42,292 bases of DNA from Candidatus Eiseniibacteriota bacterium (lineage in GTDB: Bacteria > Eisenbacteria > RBG-16-71-46): NCBI GenBank assembly GCA_041483195.1, contig JBGPFC010000034.1:1-42292 (forward strand). Reading direction: 5' to 3'. Position 1 is the stretch's first letter; every line of letters begins with the position of its first letter. Positions 37,086 to 42,292 of this stretch are shown here, in pieces. The notes under the pieces were generated by a model. The model had not been told where the DNA came from. It did not search any database and worked only from the letters and a program-made list of their open reading frames with translations. A program made the position numbers and the translations under genes.

Positions 37086-37357
37086 GCGGGCTCTCTCCTC
37101 AGCCAGCAAGCTGCGTTTCGCAGCCTACGGGGTGCAGTTGCTTCATGCGACCAGATGGCCCCTGGGGCGGCAGCGTTTCGAGCGGATCCATCACGCCGTT
37201 CCTGAATGCGGAGCGCGTGGCAGTGGCGAACGAGGTCGCGATCGACGCCCGCTTCGACGCACGGCGCGCTGTGAAGCTGGCCTTGCCAGGGGGGAGCTAC
37301 ACGCCGCGCGGGCGTTGACTGTAGACTCACGTCGGCCTCACTGAGCCGGAGGACGAC

Positions 37358-38602
37358 ATGGCCGGACGCCGAGGATCTGGGTGGGTCTGTGTGGGTTTCT
37401 GTCTGCTCGCGGTCTCTGCGCGGGCGGCGAATATCGACGTCACGCGCTTCGATGACCCCGACCCTGCGGGGCCCGGGAAGGGCAGCACGTCGCTGCGCCA
37501 GGCGATCCTGCTTGCGAACTCGACGGAGGAGCCGGACACGATCACGCTGCACATCGGCACGTATCGGCTCACGATCCGCGGCGACGACGCGACCGCGCTG
37601 GCGGGGGATCTCGACGTCAGCAGCACGATCACGATCGAGGGCGATGCGGGCGGCGCAACGATCATCGACGCGAAGAAGGCCAAGGACCGGGCCTTCGAAG
37701 TGTTGGACGGGGGCGATCTCACGCTCAGGCACGTGACCGTGAGAGGCGGCAGCGCCTTGGTGAATGGCGGCGCCGTGATGAACGTTGGAGCACTCACGGT
37801 CGAGAGCTCGACGCTCACGGGGAACAAGGCCGGTGACAGCGGCGGTGCGATCGCGAGCGCGGCGGGAACCTGCACCCTGACCGACGACGTCGTCACGAAG
37901 AACAAGGCGTCGAACGATGGCGGCGGGCTGAACTTCGCCGTTGCGGGGACGGCATCACTCACACGAGTCACTCTGGCCAGCAACACGGCCGCGGACACCG
38001 GCGGCGGCATGAACTCGGACGACGGAGTCACCGTATCCGTCAGCGACAGCACGATCTCGGGAAACAAATCCAAGCGGGAGGGCGGCGGCCTGGACCCGAG
38101 CGGAGGCGTTCTCAATCTCACGAACACCACGATCAGCGGGAATCACAGCGCCAAGGGTGGTGGGATCCAGCTCGAGGCGGGCGGAGTCGTCACCCTCGAC
38201 AACGTGACCATCGCTCACAACTCGGCGAGAGAGGGAGCCGGTCTCTGGACCGAGGTCGGAAGCACGATAACACTCACGAACACCCTCGTCGCCAAGAACA
38301 GCCCGTTCGATTGCTTCGGTCTCGTAGTGTCGAACGGCTCGAATCTCATCGGGCGGGTCGACGGCTGCGGGATCGGCGGAGACACGACAGGCGACATCGT
38401 CGGTGGCCCGAAGCCGTTGAAGCCCGTCGACCCGCGACTCGGCCCGTTGAGCGACAACGGGGGGCCCACCAAGACGCACGCCCTTCTGGCTGGAAGCCCG
38501 GCGATCAACGCCGTCCAGGGAACCTGTCCACCCCCGGCAGCCGATCAGCGGGGCCTGCCGCGGACCGGGACGTGTGACATCGGCGCGTTCGAGGCGCAGT
38601 GA
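37358..38602 (+). CDS. Secreted beta-helix protein with CSLREA-like N-terminus and choice-of-anchor Q C-terminus
   Basis: Signal peptide; TSLRQAI..AN; GDLD; repeated N.A...GGG; LGPL.DNGGPT.THALL.GSPAI.A..DQRG..R..CDIGAFE. Confidence 0.88.
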   Translation: MAGRRGSGWVCVGFCLLAVSARAANIDVTRFDDPDPAGPGKGSTSLRQAILLANSTEEPDTITLHIGTYRLTIRGDDATALAGDLDVSSTITIEGDAGGATIIDAKKAKDRAFEVLDGGDLTLRHVTVRGGSALVNGGAVMNVGALTVESSTLTGNKAGDSGGAIASAAGTCTLTDDVVTKNKASNDGGGLNFAVAGTASLTRVTLASNTAADTGGGMNSDDGVTVSVSDSTISGNKSKREGGGLDPSGGVLNLTNTTISGNHSAKGGGIQLEAGGVVTLDNVTIAHNSAREGAGLWTEVGSTITLTNTLVAKNSPFDCFGLVVSNGSNLIGRVDGCGIGGDTTGDIVGGPKPLKPVDPRLGPLSDNGGPTKTHALLAGSPAINAVQGTCPPPAADQRGLPRTGTCDIGAFEAQ

Positions 38603-38768
38603 GTCACTCACGCGATACTAGCGCAAGGCTGCACAGCCGGGATCCAGCTCCTCGGGCGCCCAGTTGGGTGCCGCCTGGTGCCGTCCCGGCGCCTAAGGAT
38701 GCCGCTCGGTGCATCCGGCTGCCGCCTAAGCCCGCAAGAACCTCGTTACTGCTCGGTTTGGGGATCCT

Positions 38769-38811
38769 CTGAAAATCCGCGTGTCGGCGGTTCGATTCCG
38801 CCCTGCGCCAC
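38769..38811 (+). repeat. att direct repeat, distal copy (displaced tRNA-Phe 3' fragment)
   Basis: 43/43 identical to 1709-1751; lacks the 5' half and a complete CCA. Confidence 0.95.
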
Positions 38812-39240
38812 GAGGAACTTCGCCCGATGCGAGAACGCCGAGAGAATCACTAGGGCGGTGCCTAGAACGGTCGCGTCTCCCTGAGATCCTCGATCTGCCC
38901 CCGAGAGGCTTCCCCACGGTGGCCCGAAGACATCGAGTCACTCGAATGGCTGCACATCGACCTCGATCCTGCGCCGGGAGTCGAGGCGGGAATCGCGCGC
39001 GAGTTCGCTCCTCGCGCGCGCGACTCGCGGCGGCTCCGGCTTCGTCCGAGATCGACGACTTCAGCAAACTGCTGTGCCCAGTTGGGTGGAGCGATTCTTG
39101 GCGCTATCCGACTTCACTTCTTCGAGTGCCCATGGCAGGACCCGCGACGGTCGTCGCCCCACACCCCAGCAGTCGACACGAGGGGTCGGGAGCGGGCTGT
39201 GACTCGGTATGCTGCTCGGAAGTGCTCACGTAGACCCGGA

Positions 39241-39438
39241 CTAGCGGTCGCCGTCACGCGCGTCAGGAGCCGCCGGGAGGACCCCGTAGCTGTCGAGGTC
39301 GGCGCGGTCGGCAACATGGCCACCCCGCGACACCTCTTCCGTGTCTGCGCGCTGTCGCGTAGCCCGCTTGAGCTCAGCCTGCTCGGCCTTCTTCCGCTCG
39401 CGCATCCGCTTCTGCGCGGACATCTTGCTGGACGCCAC
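39241..39438 (-). CDS. Small basic hypothetical protein
   Basis: GGAGGA RBS 7 nt before GTG; KRMRERKKAEQAELKR charged helix; directly downstream of the RRM gene. Confidence 0.7.
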   Translation of the reverse strand: MASSKMSAQKRMRERKKAEQAELKRATRQRADTEEVSRGGHVADRADLDSYGVLPAAPDARDGDR

Positions 39439-39488
39439 GTGGAGTTCCTCCGCTGTTCGGGCGCGCGCGCTCTCTCGCCCGAGGGGCG

Positions 39489-39785
39489 CTAGTAGCGCGA
39501 GCCGCCGCCGCGGCCCATGCCGCCGCCGCTCGGTCGAGGCTTGTCCTGGGCCTCGTTCACCTTGATGTCGCGGCCGCCGAGTTGGGTGCCGTCGAGCGCG
39601 CGAATCGCGTCGCTCGCCCCGTTCGCCTCCGACATCTCGACGAAGGCGAAGCCGCGCGGGCGGCCGCTCTCGCGATCCATGACGACCTTGACGGAGTCTA
39701 CGCCGCCGTGACGCGCGAACAGCTCACGCAGCTCGTCCTCCGTCGCGCTGAAGGGAAGATTGCCGACATAGAGTTTCTTGCCCAT
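39489..39785 (-). CDS. RRM (RNP-1) RNA-binding protein with Gly-rich tail
   Basis: RNP2 LYVGNL, RNP1 RGFAFVEM, GR.IKVNEA, GGG-rich tail. Confidence 0.97.
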   Translation of the reverse strand: MGKKLYVGNLPFSATEDELRELFARHGGVDSVKVVMDRESGRPRGFAFVEMSEANGASDAIRALDGTQLGGRDIKVNEAQDKPRPSGGGMGRGGGSRY

Positions 39786-40199
39786 TTCTGAACGAATCCT
39801 CGCCGCAAACCGGAATTTGTGGGTACGACCTGCTCCGGGTTCGGATCTGGAACTTCCGGACGAAAGCGCCGAGCAGGTCGCGAAGGAGTCCGACCTCGAA
39901 GCAGATACGCGCCGCTAAGGCGAGGCCCTGCTCGCGGTCGAACGTCTCTCGGAGGATGACCCTAGCAAGCGAATCGAGAGCACGCTCATCTGCATGCGTA
40001 TCGAGGCCCTGCAGCGCAGATCACCCGATCGCGTACTCCTACAAGGATCCGTGAACTGCTATGGGCGCACGGTGATCTCGAGTCCGGCAGGCTCTCGCAC
40101 GTCTTCGACGTGCGGCCCGACAACGAGAAGGACCCGTACTTGGACTTCCCCGGTCCGTCCGGCCCGACCCCGCGCCTCTGCTTCGCGCTCGGCCGGCGC

Positions 40200-40531
40200 G
40201 TTGTAGTCGTGATCCTGCGTCTTCCGTGCGACGAGCTCGACGAGGTCGTAGAACTCGAACCAGTCACAGTTCAGGAGATGGTCTCGCAGCTCCCCTTTGC
40301 AAAGAGCGGTGTAGAGATACTCGTCCTGGGATCTGAGCGGATCACGGTGCAGAACGACGTGTGAAGGTCGATCGTTCCAAGGACCTGGCTCTCGCTCGGG
40401 ATCCCCTTCCCTTCGACAAAGAGTCGTGGCTCGAGCACCCGGTTCCAGTACTCCAGGCGGAGCCATCGAGGCGCGTCTTTCAGAATCGAGTCTCGCTCCG
40501 GGCCGAAACCGTGCCGTCGTGAGAACGTCAT
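40200..40531 (-). pseudogene. AbiJ N-terminal-domain-like gene, frameshifted and truncated
   Basis: MTFSRRHGF..I..DAP..LR, then after a frameshift near 40328, L..CDWFEFYDLVE. Confidence 0.55.
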
Positions 40532-40722
40532 CCCCGCGAAGCTAGCGAGCCCGCCCGCAGCAATGCACGCGGCTTAAGAGGGCTTCGAGCCCACCAGCCC
40601 GATCGCGGCCCCACAGGGCGGCGGCGTTCCGTATCGGTGTGCAGGTGCGCCGCCCGGGGCGCCCGTTCCACGCGGCGCGCGGCTCTCGACAAGGCCCCCG
40701 GGGTTCGGGTTACCTTTCGCCG

Positions 40723-42195
40723 GTGCGACCCACCCCCCTCGCTCTCGTCGTCGCCGCCTTGTCGCTCTGCCTCGCGCAGGCCTCGCTCGCGCAGCAGACC
40801 TACACCAGCGTGGCCGGGCCGTGGTGGTTCACGATCGCGGGTAAGGACGAGGGGGCGATCTTGCTGCAGTTCAGCAGCCCGACCGCTGGCGCGTTCGCGG
40901 TCGAGGACCTCACGCTCACCGATCCCCAGGAGCCGACCCCGAGCTTCGGATTCTCGCGCTCTCTCGCGTCGTTCTTCGTGATCGCGGCGGGCCAGGGCCT
41001 GAACTTCGACGCGAAGGGGAACGTCGTGGGCGATCTCGATCTGAGCGACCCGAGTGACTCGAGCCATGTGGGGACGCTCAGCATCGAGCGGGGGAAGCCG
41101 AACAGCGCGTTCACCACGCTCGGGCTGCGCGCGACCATCGACGGCGCTGCGGTGAGGCTCAAGGCGGTTCGCCCGCCCGACGCGTTCCCCGTCCTGACGG
41201 GCCGTACCACGACGGGCCAGCTGCACGGGAAGAAATTGATGAGCAAGGCGATCGACCTCCGCGCGACCACCTTCGGCGATCTCGGCCCGCCGGCCTACGC
41301 GTGGTCGGCCAAAGGTCCAGTCAGTGGCGAGCCGAGCGACGTGGCGCTCACGGGTCACATCATGCTGACCCCGAGCTTCAAGGCGTGGGGACTCCTCGAG
41401 GATTCCGACACTTTCGAGCCCGGCACGGTGAACGGCAGCCTGCAGCTCGAGGACCCGAACAGCACCGTGCCGACGCTGAGACTGACCGTACAAACCGTCC
41501 CCAAGCTGAAGCTCAAGGGGCAGCTCATCGAGGCGACCGAGCCGGTGCTCTCAGTCACACCCCAGAGCTTCGACTTCGGGAGCGTGGCGCTCGACGGCGG
41601 TTCGAGCGAGCACACGTTCGCGGTCTCGAACGTGGGGGTCGGTTCGCTGTCGGGCTCGGCGCAGTTCCTGATCGGCACCAGCATCGACTTCTCCGCGTCG
41701 GGCGACACGACATACACCGCTCTAGAACCCAGCGATCCGCCGGCGCAGGTCGACGTCAGCTTCGCGCCGCAGACCGCAGGCCCGCAGACGGCGCAGCTGC
41801 GCTTCGGAGTCAGCCAGGGGGTCGGCGCAAAGCTGGTCACAGTGACCGGTTGCGGCGGAGTCGCGGTTATCTCTGTGACTCCTTCTGGCACGATCCCCTT
41901 CCCGAGCACCACGGTCGCGACGTCGGCGACGCCCATCACCGTGACGGTGACGAACAACGGGGTCTGCCCGCTCACGGGCGCGGCCACGCTGGCAACCGCG
42001 ACGGTGTTTCGACTGATTCCACAAGGGAGCGTCGTTCCCCAGGACTCGATCGCTTATACGCTCGCTCCCGAGGCGAGCACGCAGTTCAGGATTCTCTTCA
42101 CGCCGACCACTTCGGGAGACGCAGAGGACGACCTGACCCTGACGGGTGGGGAAGGCGCGACAGTCCACATCACGGGAACCGGAACCCCCCCATGA
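40723..42195 (+). CDS. Secreted protein with two C-terminal Ig-like (choice-of-anchor D / ASH-type) domains
   Basis: Signal peptide MRPTPLALVVAALSLCLAQASLA; P.LSVTP.SFDFG.V..F.VSN.G..L.G..V.FAP..G repeated twice. Confidence 0.8.
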   Translation: MRPTPLALVVAALSLCLAQASLAQQTYTSVAGPWWFTIAGKDEGAILLQFSSPTAGAFAVEDLTLTDPQEPTPSFGFSRSLASFFVIAAGQGLNFDAKGNVVGDLDLSDPSDSSHVGTLSIERGKPNSAFTTLGLRATIDGAAVRLKAVRPPDAFPVLTGRTTTGQLHGKKLMSKAIDLRATTFGDLGPPAYAWSAKGPVSGEPSDVALTGHIMLTPSFKAWGLLEDSDTFEPGTVNGSLQLEDPNSTVPTLRLTVQTVPKLKLKGQLIEATEPVLSVTPQSFDFGSVALDGGSSEHTFAVSNVGVGSLSGSAQFLIGTSIDFSASGDTTYTALEPSDPPAQVDVSFAPQTAGPQTAQLRFGVSQGVGAKLVTVTGCGGVAVISVTPSGTIPFPSTTVATSATPITVTVTNNGVCPLTGAATLATATVFRLIPQGSVVPQDSIAYTLAPEASTQFRILFTPTTSGDAEDDLTLTGGEGATVHITGTGTPP

Positions 42196-42292
42196 AGACA
42201 GCGATCGGCATCGGTGCGGCGGCCTCGGGCCGCGAACGCGACTTCGAGCCCGCGGCGCGCTTCGCGGTCGAGGCGGAACGGCTCGGGGTGGA
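42192..42292 (+). CDS. LLM-class flavin-dependent oxidoreductase, 5' part (runs off window)
   Basis: MKTAIGIG...FAVEAERLGV typical luciferase-like N-terminus; ATGA overlap. Confidence 0.65.
   Translation, partial: MKTAIGIGAAASGRERDFEPAARFAVEAERLGV

Noticed and set aside
37145..37318. 57-codon ORF MRPDGPWGG... between the SDR and the surface protein
   Set aside because: No RBS or recognisable motif; lies in a divergent promoter region
38769..38813. Second tRNA-Phe gene
   Set aside because: Only the anticodon loop to acceptor 3' strand is present; no D-arm or 5' acceptor strand, and it ends CGA rather than CCA, so it is an att remnant

Overview
GC-rich bacterial chromosomal window (gene style suggests a Myxococcota/deltaproteobacterial-like organism; this is inference). 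It is dominated by a ~37 kb genomic island inserted in a tRNA-Phe(GAA) gene (1678-1753). A perfect 43-bp copy of the tRNA 3' part (1709-1751) recurs at 38769-38811, yet no integrase gene is visible between the two copies. The island cargo looks like one coordinated sigma54 regulon. Four -24/-12 promoters with a shared candidate enhancer motif head (i) a 9.5-kb acyl-CoA catabolism + YWTD propeller + Ndh + cytochrome bd operon, (ii) a ytcA-mdtNOP-like efflux operon, and (iii/iv) a divergent glyoxalase/porin versus amidohydrolase/ABM/YcaC/DoxX pair. The island also encodes a sigma54 activator with no sensory domain, two response regulators and a multi-PAS histidine kinase. The right part carries ppk2, an MlaEFD/PqiC-type ABC system, SDRs and many small gene scraps left by deletions. 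Outside the island lie a methyltransferase and a cyclophilin on the left. On the right are a possible older element remnant, an RRM RNA-binding protein with a structured leader, a broken AbiJ-like gene, an Ig-like surface protein and the start of an LLM oxidoreductase. Product calls come from motif recognition by eye, not database searches.
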